Source: Azolla caroliniana (lineage: Eukaryota > Plantae > Polypodiophyta). Taken from it: DNA of 64,000 nt. Positions 51,546 through 64,000 of this stretch are shown piece after piece. Under the pieces are notes generated by a model that saw only the letters and a program-made list of their open reading frames with translations, ran no database searches and was not told where the DNA came from. Numbering within the stretch: the first letter of the stretch is position 1; the number at the start of each line of letters is the position of its first letter. A program made the position numbers and the translations under genes. The DNA lies in contig JBHGNT010000015.1 in the NCBI GenBank assembly GCA_043228905.1, positions 16,368,001-16,432,000 on the forward strand. Direction: 5' to 3'.

Positions 51546-54500
51546 ATGTGGTGGCCTTTCAAGTCACAGCCGAAGAAGAAGAAGAAGGGCATCGTTGCCA
51601 GGAGACCCCGTGGCCCCTCATGGAAGGAGCGCCTGCAGCGGTTCCAGCTCGAGCTGCGGCTCCGCCCCGACTACACCAAGTTCCCAGGCGTGGAGGAGGA
51701 GATGAAGCACCCTGGCTACTGGTCCCGCAAACGCGCCCCTCCCCCCACCCCCAAGCAGCTGGAGCGGTTCCAGCAGTTCAAAGCCGGGATTGCGAACCCC
51801 GACAGCTTCTTCCAGTTCCTCGTGCGCTGCCGCGAGCTCCGGCGCAAACACAACGACGAGGTCATCGCACAAAACAGCCGGCCGTACCGCAAGGAAGATG
51901 AGAAACTTTGGCAGAGCCTCCCCCACGTCCCGGGCCCCAATGGAATGCCCATGCCTCGCAAAGCCATCACCAGCCAGGCGGACGCCAGCGACACATTCTG
52001 GGACTTCTTCAAGCAATTCCATTTCGGCCTTTGGGGATACCGGCAGCGTCCATACCCACCCGAGAAGCCCAATGACATCCAGCAAATGCTTGGTTATAAG
52101 TGGCTAGACAAGCGCTATGCGGACTGTAAGTCACTATATAGGAACCTTTTCCTATTCTTATCTATAATAGATTATGTAGATATGGAACAAGAGAATCTAG
52201 TGATGACATATACATATGAATTCTGACTGTAAGTCACTATATAGGAACCTTTTCTGATTCCTATCTATAATAGATTATGTAGATATGGAACAAGAAAATG
52301 TAGTGATGACATATACATATGAATTCTTGTTTTTTTTACCTATGTATGCATGCCCTTGTGGATGTGTGTACATGTCTGTAACTGGATGCTTTACTTTTAG
52401 AAACAGTAACATATGTCAGACCCTGTTTGGTTATTATGCAGTTGTGATGAGATCGGGCGGGTGGTACTACAAGGACCGTCTAGGTAGATCAAGGGGTCCA
52501 ATGGAGCTTGTTAACCTCAAAACTGCATGGGCTGCTGGCATTGTGGACAGAAATACCTTCATATGGGGAGATGATATGGATGAGTGGGCCCCGATCCACA
52601 TGGTCTATGGTCTCGAACAATGTGTCGATACACCTGATAGTAAGTTATGTTTAGTTATGTGAAGCAATCCACTGCATGTGCATCAGATGAGTTTTTACAA
52701 ACATTCCACGTGCCACATTGTAAGTTACACAAGTAATGATTCTGTTGGTGTAAAATCAAGAGTCAGAAAGCATTTCCTGAAGGAAAATGCAAAAAGGGAG
52801 TTATTATTTAAAGAGTGCTACTATTGTAGTCTTGATACCTAATCATGCATTCATATTGCATTTTCTCACCCTTATTGAGTTGCATGAAACCTTTTCTTTT
52901 GTCTGGCGTCGGAACTCCATCTACACCGTACGCCTCACATATCACTTTTAACTGATTTTTTGATATGCTACTGGTATATGTTCTTGGTCATTAATGCTGG
53001 AGACTGCTCTGGTCTGGCCTCTTAAAAGACGTCAATAGAGCAATTAAAGAGAGAGAAAGGAAGAGCTGTATATTCCTCTCCCACTAACCTGAGATTAAAG
53101 CAGGACAAGCTTGTTGCATATATAGAGCCGAAAGATTTTACAAACAATATGAAAGAGATATTGAAAGCAAGGAACATTTTGTGTGTACTTCATCATTGTC
53201 TTGTTTCACTGCACCAACCAGGTTCAGATATGATTTCCAATCACCATACTCCCCCCATGTGTACTAATTATGCACTTCATGCTGTAAAACATCTCTAAAA
53301 TTATTTCATCACATGTATGAAGATCGTTGCTATAGAGTGTTTGGAAATCACGAACTCACCCTCAACATTTGAATTGTTGAGATCTCAGCTTTTATGAATT
53401 TTGGGTTTCAATAGGTTATTCATCTACATCCTTTATGCATTAATGCTCATCCATGCATTGTGCTGGTTCAAAACTAACTTGTCAAAGATGTTGTAATTCT
53501 TGATTTACTAGTAATGAAATATGGGAGTACACGGAGAGGCACTGTGTGTACTTGCTGTGCTCTATTGTTTTGCACCCAGAATAAAAATGTTCTTGCCTTT
53601 AATACGTGGAATTCAGTTTCATGATAATCGTTGCTTCTCTTCAATATGGCTTGAGGTGTGAATGCATCATACTATGCCCAAATGTATAACTTGGGACCAA
53701 TATGCATGTTGCAAATTAGCAATTGGTTGGACTATTTACCACTTATGGAGGATATCTATCGAAAACATTCTCAAGATTGTCTTTTCATACCTGGCCAACT
53801 TTTTCTGCATAAGATTATTCCTCTATTTTATATGATTTAAGGATAAGGCAGTTTGTTATCCAAATATCTCTCATAAACATGTAGGAAACTGCAATTGTAT
53901 GGGTTGGACATGTTCTAAAAACTCTTTTCCATCAACCAGCTACTTGGATGTTAAATTCCATAGTTTAGAGTATAGAAAAAATAAATGATAGACGATGTAG
54001 TGCATAGGAGCAGCTAGTAACAGGTGTACTATAACCTTGAATACTGTAGTTATGCCATATTTAGGTGCATGTGTGTGTAAAGAGAGAATGTTGTATGGAA
54101 AATATTCAGAATGACGATCCTTGTTTAAGGCTGTGCAACTTGATCTGAAACATACTGTCTTCAAATTGCTATATTGGAAATGTGTAATCGAGATTTTCAT
54201 ATAACCATGTCCATGTTCTATTTTGCAGTGAAAATGGCTACAGCTGGAGCAGATTTCCTACACAAAATCACACGTGGAATTCCACTATCGACTCCTAGAA
54301 AAGGACATGAGAAAAAAAGTTACCCGCAACTACAAGCTGAAGCACTCGAGAAGAAGGAGAGGGAAAGGGCTGTGCTAAGGATGAATAATGGAGCTTGGCC
54401 AGGTGAACTTGCTCCAAGCCATAGTCTCTTTCTTTGGGCTGGTGGGTCAGAGCTCACAACAATTCTCGAAAAATACCACAAATATATGCCCGACAAGTTT

Positions 54501-56283
54501 ATTCCATATCGATTACGGTTAGTAAAAGCTTCTCCTATGCCAATTCTTTATGCTGTAATCAGGTTCACAAATCACGACCGTATTCACATTTGAAAAACCT
54601 GAATGTCCTTGTTGTGTTCATTATGGCAATATGTTCCTGCCACTTGGTTTGGTCTTAAACTCATAAACATCATTATCTTGGTTTATTCTTGATCTTCAAT
54701 TCAAGTTTTATTCTTATGCATTTGAAAATATATCTATACTTCCAATTTAGTAGACATGCAAATCTCACAACTAAATACCACTTTGATTCATGCAGTAATA
54801 AGCTGTTATCCTAAAATGGGTCTTAACCCAAAGTCCTTTTGACTCTTGTTCCTTTGAAGGTATATCTATACTTCCAATTTTGTAGACATGCAATCAATTT
54901 TTAGACATGCAAATCTCACAACTATGTACCACTCTGATCCCGGTACTATTGAACTGTTAACTTTAAAGGGTCTTGACCCCAAAACCCAAAACCCAAAACC
55001 CAAAACCTTGACCTTTCTTTAGGATCTTTACTTTCTCTATGTGCTTGCATACCGTTCCTATTCCATGTTTCTTGGCACCTAACTCTTTCCAATTGTTTAT
55101 CCTCCACAGTTCTCTAGTACGTTCTTAATAAAAGAGGTTGGTGAGCAATCAATTGATTCAACAAACTTTGGGGATCTGGATATGGCACAAATTTGATTTT
55201 ATGTAACGCATAAATTCTTAACTTGTGGTTCAGACTTGTATATTGATAAGGCTTCCAAGACTTTCATCATCAAAAAGAGGAAAAAGTGGTGTTTTTTGAA
55301 TTTTCTTGCTATATGAGATATGGACAAAACATCCTGTGATTTATGGGCAACTTTATCAGATTGTGAAAGGAAAATTACAGTATTGAACTTTTAGTTTGTA
55401 CGAATCTTTGCAAAATTATGAAACGTATGAATCATGATGCTATGCATAGCTAATGAACATAAACAACTGCATTGTGTAACGGAATTTAGTTTCTGGATTA
55501 ATGATGAAACCTTTGTCATTAATTTGATTGGCAATTCACTGTTTTACTTATATTGATTTTGGTTTGTTGTTCACAAAGATGAGACAACATTTTAAGATGC
55601 AATATCTCTATGCAACTTCCAGCAGTAATCACATCTGTCTAAATAAAAATTTCCATTTTATTTGTCATGCTATTTATGCTCGAAATGGCTTTGAAGACAT
55701 GCTTTTTTTTAACGCACTTTCATCTTCCCGGAGCTAAAACTGCGTAACTGTTGATAGATCCTATGCCTGTCATGATTGGGTAGTTTGTACTGCTCTAGTC
55801 TTGAGTTTCCAAATTGAAACATTTGATCCACCCTAGGGCTTTCTGAATTTATGTAGGATAAATAAGTGAGAACCCATAAAACTATAGTTTTTTCAGAAGA
55901 TTATCTTTATGTGATGTATTTGTTTCCTTTTGCAGGAAAAAACTGGCACAAGTGATTCCGGGACTCCGGCCCTGGGAGGTTATGAAAGTAGAGCAAGTAA
56001 TGGATAAGGTTACCTATGGTAAGGAGTGGTATCGTCCAATACTTGGGAGTTTTACAATGAGGGCTGATTATGAAGAAGATTGGTTTGAAGAATTCAAGGT
56101 GCGTTCTAGTGGAGAGTGAAACACATATATTCATATGTTAATTTTTACTGGAGTTTTATAATGTCATGTTTCTTTTTCCAGGAAAAATGGGATGGTTTAT
56201 ATGAAGATGTACAGGATACATTCGCAAATGTTGACAAGGTCGAATTAATAAAGAGACTAAAAGAAGCTGAAAAGAGGAGATGA
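51546..56283 (+). CDS. TIC56: Chloroplast translocon component TIC56 (GYF_2-domain), 5 coding exons, 443 aa
   Basis: Exons 51546-52125, 52442-52639, 54229-54517, 55936-56098 and 56182-56283, all GT-AG and in phase (1332 nt). Recognised motifs: PMPRKAI, FWDFFKQF.FGLWGYRQRPYPP, GGWYYKDRLGRSRGP, TFIWGDDMDEWAPIHMVYGLE, SHSLFLWAGGSELTT and VIPGLRPWEV. Confidence 0.93.
52122..52327. repeat. 103-bp tandem duplication including the TIC56 intron 1 donor
   Basis: gactgtaagtcactatataggaacc...catatgaattct at 52122-52224 and 52225-52327. Confidence 0.92.
54730..55008. repeat. ~130-150-bp tandem duplication in TIC56 intron 3 ending in (CCCAAAA)4
   Basis: tatatctatacttccaattt.gtagacatgcaa...gggtctt.accc occurs twice. 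Confidence 0.8.
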
Positions 56284-58899
56284 GGTATGGAATTTTTGGT
56301 GCTAGTTTTCTTTCGCTTTATAGTTGTGACAACTGAGAATGGGCACTAAGACAAATAAAGAGCTCCAGAATGTCTGTTTTTAGATGCAGAAAAGGCCCTA
56401 TGTTTTGTACTTCTTTTCATAGTCTCTGTCAAGTAGTTGTCAAATAGAAGAGTTGCCATTATGGTAAGTTTTTTCCAATAACTCTTTGATGGCCTGAAGC
56501 TGGTTTTCTTCTTTGGATTCCCATGGTGGCTCCGGTTTGATTTGCGAACCGAGATGGAGAGGGCAAATTCCATTCATTTATATGTGCATCCAAACTAACG
56601 AATTGTTCTTAGAATATCTATACAAATGTGAAGTTTAATATCTGTATTGTTAGAAACATTGTTGTTTTGAGATGCAAAGGAGAATTGCAGGGGAGAGATT
56701 ATCTGCTCTATAAATATGGTGACTATTTTGCGTCTCTATAAGACAGCTTTCATTGTGAGAATTGCATGTGAGAACCTTGACACTTGCTCAAAATCTTTAA
56801 CAAAGTGTTTATAAAAAAGATAATTAAAGTTTTTGTTCACCTCAAGTATAAGAAATTAAAAAAGTTAGATGCTCGTGCGTGATGTATTGGTTAAAAAGGT
56901 TCATTTCATGAAATGGGGCTTAGTGTGGAAGAGCATGTGAACACTCTTTATATTGTAAAATGGCATATGAAAAATAGGGTGGAGAGAGTAAGTAACTTGG
57001 GACAAGTATTTTGATGCTTGGTAGCTTAAGATTGATTTTCGAGTTCCGAATCTTAACTAAGCTACGCTACTGTTTGCCATTCGGAGAAATGGCAATGGAC
57101 AATGGAAATGTACGTCCTATGCTAGCTCCACGACATAAAGACCTGAAAGCATGAAAATTAAGTTTGTGCTATACAAGAGAATGGAATTATGTATAGATTG
57201 ATCTAAATCAGAATTTGTTAATAGGGTTTTTCATCTGGTCTGGAAAATGATTTGTATAGTGGTGACCATGCCTAGGAGATTTAGCCGTATACATTATTTA
57301 GGAAAAAAAGCTATGAAGTGGTGGTACCAATGTCTGCAATGAAGGGAAGTTCAGCACATGCTATGATGTGAAGAAAGCATCTGAGGAAGTTTAAAAAGTG
57401 AAGTCCGTGGATAATTGTACTTTTTAAAATCAAGAAAGTGCTACAACGGTATTCAATTCTAGAGGCCTTATTTTAATTGTGAGTATTTATTTCTTGGTGA
57501 GTGCGTTTTGGGATATGTCAGGTGGCATGAAGGTATTGAGCAGGTTTACAGGCAGGCCATTCAAGAAAAAATGTAGAGGGAATTTGAGGTGGGACATCAG
57601 ATAAAAACTGCCTAAAAAATGTAAACAGATGAACTATCCACAAAGTGATCTTAATAGGGAGTGCGAGCTCAAACGTGAAGAACTTCACATGAAATTGAAG
57701 TTAACTTGTATGAACAAAATCGTTTCTCATTTCTCGTTTCTCATTTTTCTTGTTCTGTTAGGGTCTTTTGATTGTTGTGTTTATTTTACTGAGGAAAATG
57801 TATATCGCTTGGTATTTCTCGATTCATGATTTTTTTGTGCTGATTTATAAGGACAAACTAAAAGAAAGTACTAGAGACCGCAAGTCTTTTTCTCATCTTG
57901 TTCATGTATTTTCCGTGATTTTTGTAATTTGTTTTTGTCTTTATGGTTGTTTATATAACAAATGCCCAAAGATATTTCAAGACAGTGTGTGGAACACAAA
58001 TTTTATGCTAGTTGTCACGCGTATTAAGTTTTGGTTCACCAAATTTGGAGCATTTTGAGACTTAAATGTTTCGATATTACAATGTTTGGGACATTGTGTA
58101 AATGATAAAGGCACAAAACATCATGCAAGTTGACAATGCGATGGTCTTTATCTACATATTTCTAATGTTTGAATATTGATCTATGTATTTGCAATGCTCA
58201 ATTCCTGCCCATCTTACTTTTGTGAACAATGAGCATGTAGGTTGAAATGATCATGCATGTGTAAACCCTAAAAAGTGTCGAAGAAAAGCTCGCCCAAAAA
58301 CATGCGTAGAAGACCTTGCACAAACTAATAGGAATTTCCAACCAAGACTGGCCTAGAAGGAAACCTTATCAATGATGGAAGTAGAAAGTTGCCACAATGG
58401 GAGCAAAAGTTGAACAGCCAGCCATGGTCTTCCCCACCCTGTTAGAGGTGTGTACATACATTCTCAATGAGAGCATTAGAAGGCCTCATTTTTGTCCATT
58501 ATGATGCATAAATAGCAAGTAAATTGGTCAGGTAGTCAAAGGAAAGCATTATTGCTGATAAGACTGATTGTGTAATACAACACAAAATGCAGTTTGTTTC
58601 TGCAACATGTATCCAAATAGGGAATCTCTCTAGTAAAAGAAAAAAACTTTGCAGAATCATTGGCACTAACTAGATGGTATAATAAACAGCGCAGTTAGAT
58701 AAATATACCAATGAATGTATTGCATACAAATGACCAAGTTCCCACAATAATGTATTCCAAACAAGAACATATATTAGAAGAAAATATGGGCAATGTGTGA
58801 ATTGATATATTATCACCACCTCATAGAGAAATGCCCTCACATTTGTTCAAAAAATTACTAAGATTGAATAGATCACCCACTATAGGAAAAGAGGCCCAA

Positions 58900-60880
58900 G
58901 CTTAGTAGACAATTTCTCTATAATCTTTTCGTATTAGCTAAATATTTGTACAACCTCAGCAACAAGTCCCCAATCCACATTATGTGGACAAACCAATAGA
59001 TTTATAGGAAAAAAAGTGGGTAGAAAGGCCAAGGGTAAGTGTTTGAAGGTGACTACTTGGTTATGATGTGGTCATATTATTGTTCATTTGTTTATATCAA
59101 CCATCCAACATGGGTAGGGACTCAACAATGATTAGAGGTAGGTTCGGTATGGACATTTAGCTTAGCAACTTTAGGCAATCGTGGGAGAACTAAAGACTTA
59201 TTGTTCCAACTAGTTGAGGGACTTCATTAGTTAAATCCACAGTCAACATGTTTGGATTATTTTGACATATTCTCGCTTCTCATTTGGTTGCTTCTATATT
59301 CAAAAAATAGGCCTCCTTTCCATGGTGAAGTTTGGCATTCTAACTAGCCATAAGTAGATGGAATTGATTATAACTAAGCTTATTTGGTGTTTGGTGCATT
59401 TTGTATACCTTTTCTCTACTTTCTTCCACACAAAAAAAGTCATGGTATGAGGGTTAGATGGTCCCATAAGTCATTTGATCTCGGAGGATGATAATAAAAT
59501 CCCTCCATCTCTACAAACAATTCGAGTACCCAACAACTTCACAAGGTTCTTCTCACTCAATTCAACTCCCTAGATTGGAATAATCAAATGGATTTTCTAC
59601 CCTCGTGTAGCCCTCTAAATTATTAGGCATAGACAATAATCAAGTAGTCAAAAGCACAAGAAGTAGAACAAATGAAAGAAACCAATGCAGACCTAGGCAA
59701 TGACAACGCATTGGGGTACATACTACAAACTGCTCCTCGATTGTATATTTTTGAGATATAATCAAATAAGTGGAGAATCTTGGATCATTTTTGTTTGTCA
59801 TACATTGATATATTTGTTATTATTTTCCTGTATTGATGTTAAATATCAATTTAAAGTTGATGATCATCATATTATATCTTTCAATGCACCCCACTATCTA
59901 GCCTCATTTAAGGAGCATTTTACTTTTCTTCCAAGAGATTAGTTATCTTTTAGAAACATCATAACACCATTCTAAGAGTTCCACATGGCCCAACTCCTCT
60001 ATAATCCAAACTAACATTGGCGATTATTGCCTATATAAGCAACACAAAAGAAACTCCAGTCTTATGCCTAAATCATCATTAGACCAATCAATGTATTAGT
60101 CTTCGAACTTGTGAAAAACATAAACTACATTCATAACATTGTATTTCTTTGGTGTTGAGCAAATATGACTCAATATGACAATGAAAGCATCACGATTTGG
60201 ATTTTCTTCTACAAAATTAACGGCTTCTTGTTTCAAACTGCTCAAAATACTCTTTGGAAATCGAGTATAGATGCTCTTCATTATGTATTCTTCTCTCTCT
60301 GGATAATTTCAAGAACTCACTCTCAAATTAAATAAATAATTTGGGTAAAACATGATGAATTATTCACAACCTATAATCTTTATTCAATACATTCGGATCC
60401 ATAATGATTGAGGCTCCACCTAGATTCTATAAAATGACAATCTATACCATACACCTGAACTAATTTTCCCAATCATTATAAGTTTCCTTATCTTCTTGGT
60501 GTGCACATTTTCTTATCCTCCCTCCGATCAAATCACATATGATTGGATCACGAGTGGCAACAATGGATTGCAAAGAGCTCCTCGCATTTATGAACAAAAA
60601 CCCAAGTCCTCACCATCGGAAGCTAAAACATAGGATGTGGTTGTCCATCCCTCTAGTATAACAAGATTACCATGTCAATGTAGACTTCAAATGGACACAA
60701 TTTCCATCTTGAGTTGATAAGGCTAAGGTTATGTTATTGCTTGACATCGCTTGAAAATAAGTTTTTTCTCTTCTTCCAACAACAATAGCCCTTTCCTCAT
60801 CTAGATTTTTATATATGCTCTGTGTCATGCACACCTATAATAATAATTCATCTAGACCAAATGGTCAGGCTCCTCATCTA
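58900..60880 (-). mobile_element. Possible highly decayed L1-like LINE remnant between TIC56 and the RIB43A-like gene
   Basis: Only weak residual similarity to L1 ORF2 linker sequence (EKTYFQ...ITLAL..QDG ~60690-60770). No clean RT motif read. Confidence 0.3.
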
Positions 60881-60937
60881 GACCAAGACCAACAACATGT
60901 CACCTAAAATGTCAAAATTCCTTGTCAAACTAAAATA

Positions 60938-63017
60938 TTAGTTTTCAACAATATTTATGCCTAGATTTGAATGTATTTGGTGCGGGTTCCCAGCTACTCT
61001 ATTGTTGACCTCTTTATTTAACCTATAGATCATCAATTCCTCTCCCTAAGCTATTGATAGTGATTAGCTTTGTCTTCATTGACTTGTTTTAAACAATGTC
61101 AATCAGGCACTTATAGTGAATGTTTTTGGGAATGGAAGAGGCAAAGAGCATCCGTGCACATGCGGACATAGTTACCCTAAAAACAAGATATGGCTGTTGC
61201 TTGGAGTTGGAACAAATTACCTTGCAGTTTTCTCCTTGGAAAGGCGTAAGTACTCGTTGGCCAATTCGACATTTGAATTGAATAATTTCTTCGCAATCTG
61301 TTGATGTCATGGCTATTTATGTTAGTAATTCATAGTCAATTAAATGCTTACAATAATGGTGCAGCATGGTTAGCGTTTTCCCGTGTAATGGGATGACAAA
61401 ACATCAACTGTCGCTTCATGTAATGTGAAACATGGTTTTCTAGTGTAGCTCGAAGAGGTAATAGAGAGTCAGATGTGATAGCGAAAACATTCAAATGTAA
61501 TATATGCTTTAATACCTCTTCTTCTGATCTCTCCCAATTCTTTCTTGCAATCTCTAGCTCCAAATTATTCTTTTCTTTTTCTTCTTGTTCCATACGCATC
61601 CGTAAGTTATGTTCTTCGATTTGTTCACGCCATGCTTCAGAAATCCTTCGGACAACATCAGCTTCCCTAACAACCTCACCATCTTGAAACTGGTATCTTT
61701 TTGTAGGCATAACTCCAACCTTTCAAATTTGGAAATGTTCACATTGAATTCAAAGGCAATTTCAGGAGTATTTCAGTTATTGCAAAATTGAACATGAATG
61801 GATACATGGATATAAAATCTACATACAGATAAACTCGGCTAGGTATGCTAATTGAGGCAATCAAGCCAACAAATGAGCACTTCTAGGCAAGATAAGAAAT
61901 CATTGAATCTTATATTAACAGCAGCATGTGAGCATACCTTCTCAGGGTTCAGCTCACAAATTTCGTGTTTCCATCGTTGTTTAAACTCTTCGTCCTGCTT
62001 CAACCAGCACTTCTCCAAGGCAGACCTTGCTTGAACTCTTTCTTTCCTGCAATACCATTCACATCTCAGGCAGACATTCTACTTTCTTTCTGATCTGAAT
62101 CAGTTGACATCACTAAAAGGTTCCCAAATACATGCAAACTGTACGAATGTATGTGCATCTCAAGCAAGAATCTTCATACCATTTAAGATAGTTTGCTGCA
62201 CAACATGAAGTGGAAGGTTTTCATAATACATACAACGACTATTGACCACATCACACAATATAGCAGATATTATCTGCATATACCAGTGATTGCTTTTTTT
62301 GTTCTTCTACTCAATTTGGGCCTTTATAAAGCATTTAGAGCCATCACCTTAGTTCCTCGTCTGCTCTGAGCCAGTTTTCCTTTTCCAAAGCTTGCCGTTT
62401 TTCTGCATTTACGAAATATGACACTTAACTGCATGACAATGTTGACATTTTTGTGTTTCTTTCTAACAATTCTAGTCTATTTCGAACCACAATGAAGTGG
62501 AAATTTTAATTCAAGAAATATAACGGAGAATATACAATATGCAGAGCTCCGTTCACTTTAAAGGAAAAACCTAAGGTCCAATATGTTGCAACATTATAAG
62601 CAAAGATGTGTCATTGTAAGTTTGATATATACCCTCTTCCTCGGCCAGAATTTTTTCTAGATGTTTTTTCTTTTCCTTCGCCTTTACTTGTTCTTCTAGC
62701 TTGTCCACATCAATCTTCAAAACATGGAGCAAAGAACACAAGAATGCACAATGTGACATTTACTTTGCAACAAGAACTAGCTGATCGACTAGCCAGTCTT
62801 CAACTTGAGTTTAATCTTTACAAATGACAAAAGTGTTATTTAATAATCATTGCTACATGAACGCCATCACGTAAGATTGTCATTAGGTTCTTACAGCGAT
62901 TGCTGCATTCGGGGCAAAGATTCGTGATTTTCTGGCATCATCATCAAATCGCCTGACCCTCGAGAAGTCTTGTCCTCCAATAATTTCATCTTTGGGTTTT
63001 TTCCCTGGAGCAATCAT
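60938..63017 (-). CDS. RIB43A-like coiled-coil axonemal (flagellar protofilament ribbon) protein, 7 coding exons, 244 aa
   Basis: Exons (minus) 63017-62895, 62714-62633, 62402-62348, 62046-61938, 61719-61516, 61297-61221 and 61022-60938, all GT-AG and phase-consistent (735 nt). The protein has RKSRIFAPNAAIA|IDVDKLEEQVKAKE, ELNPEK, QFQDGE, WREQIEE and QIHSNLGINIVEN, in the order of the RIB43A motifs R..RIF.P....G.D...L..Q, DLNDP, Q.F.GED, W...Q..E and I.N.L...L.EN. The last exon is the least certain. Confidence 0.72.
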
Positions 63018-63517
63018 TTTGATGTATGGATCTGCAAGATGCTATAAGAGAAATATGATATTACATAGTACAGCCAAAAGGGGACAGAATTAGAGATGGA
63101 AATTATGAGTACATGCACAATAGCCTGAAAGAAGTTTATGAATTCAAAGAATTGACTAATGAAGCTAGAACATCTTGGCCTGTGATGTACTGTTCATGTT
63201 TCTTCCTAATGACCAAGCATGAAGTCCTACTATGAGCATAAGTTTACTTTGTCTCGAAGGATCTCTCTGAAATTTCCAAAAGTTTCACACACACATTATG
63301 ATGAGCTAATGCATCTAGTCTTCTTAGAAGGACGAGATTAATATATCATCAAGAACCTCTTAGCAAGCAAGCTAAGGAGCAAGAATAATTAACAAAGCTC
63401 TTTAATTTGGATATGTCTACTACAATGTTTTCTTTCTTGATCATCGAGGAGAGTCAGTGATCCACTCCACGTGAAGATGTTCACTTTGGGTGTCATCCAT
63501 CAATCATATTTGAATTC

Positions 63518-63702
63518 CTAAGATGATAATCGAATCAATCAATCAATTGATTCATCTATTTACCTGATATGACCTTTGAGGATGATGAGAAATCTACCAC
63601 ATATCTATATGTCTATCTATTACGAACTCAATTACTAAGATGATAATCGAATCAATCGATTGATTCATCAAATTTATCTGATATGACCTATGAGGATGAT
63701 GA
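63518..63702. repeat. ~118-bp-period duplication upstream of the RIB43A-like CDS
   Basis: ctaagatgataatcgaatcaatc...gatatgacct.tgaggatgatga at ~63518 and ~63635. Confidence 0.85.
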
Positions 63703-63962
63703 CTACGAACGCTGAGGACGATATATATATAACGGAATATGTGTATCAGATATGATGTGGATGAGCATCGTACAACAACAAAAAACCACATAACATCCCT
63801 GGGGAGGGCAAATTTGAGTAATTCGCCAGCGATAGAAGGTCGAACCAAACCAATGGAGGGCTTGTGAAATCCTCAACAGGCCAACCAAGAAACGAACCAA
63901 AGCATGAAAATATAGTGGTAGCAAGGAGGCATGGAAGAGGATATGAAATCCTCATCAAGCCT

Positions 63963-64000
<38 letters not shown>

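Noticed and set aside
50706-51592. Long ORFs rich in M/Y/V/C or H/T/Y/I
   Set aside because: Artefacts of the stop-free (TACA)n/(CA)n microsatellite.
54978-55008. Telomere-like (CCCAAAA)4
   Set aside because: Too short, lacks the T of CCCTAAA and arises at the end of a local duplication; not evidence of an interstitial telomere.
61089-61310. ORF containing PFQGEN, superficially like the RIB43A F.GED motif
   Set aside because: Splice phases place this exon in another frame (IAKKLFNSNVELANEY...). The equivalent motif is already present in the previous exon.

Overview
Eukaryotic land-plant nuclear DNA, most likely a fern or another seed-free plant. This is an inference from spliceosomal genes, a chloroplast TIC56 gene next to a flagellar RIB43A-like gene, and a heavy LTR and microsatellite load. 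Three host genes could be reconstructed exon by exon: a 5-exon CYP72-clan cytochrome P450 (minus, 5321-7784, one GC-AG intron, long Ser/Pro N-terminal extension), a 5-exon TIC56 (plus, 51546-56283) and a 7-exon, apparently half-length RIB43A-like axonemal gene (minus, 60938-63017) that is only fragmentarily visible in the ORF track. About 40 kb between the P450 and TIC56 is a nested transposon cluster. It holds a decayed Mutator-type transposase with an adjacent Ulp1-protease gene, and that gene is split by an LTR, by an intact young Ty1/copia element (22170-27608, CACCT target-site duplication) and by a 5'-truncated LINE with a (CTTT)n tail. It also holds several decayed copia copies and solo LTRs, plus two Ty3/gypsy-like elements with an 18-nt tRNA-Trp primer site. 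I found no CRISPR array, rRNA or tRNA gene, and nothing I can defend as a wholly new biological system. The best leads are the short RIB43A-like gene, the CTTT-tailed LINE family with an unexplained C-terminal extension, the Ulp1+MULE element and the Trp-primed gypsy elements. All family assignments come from motif recognition, not database searches, and the boundaries of degraded elements are approximate.
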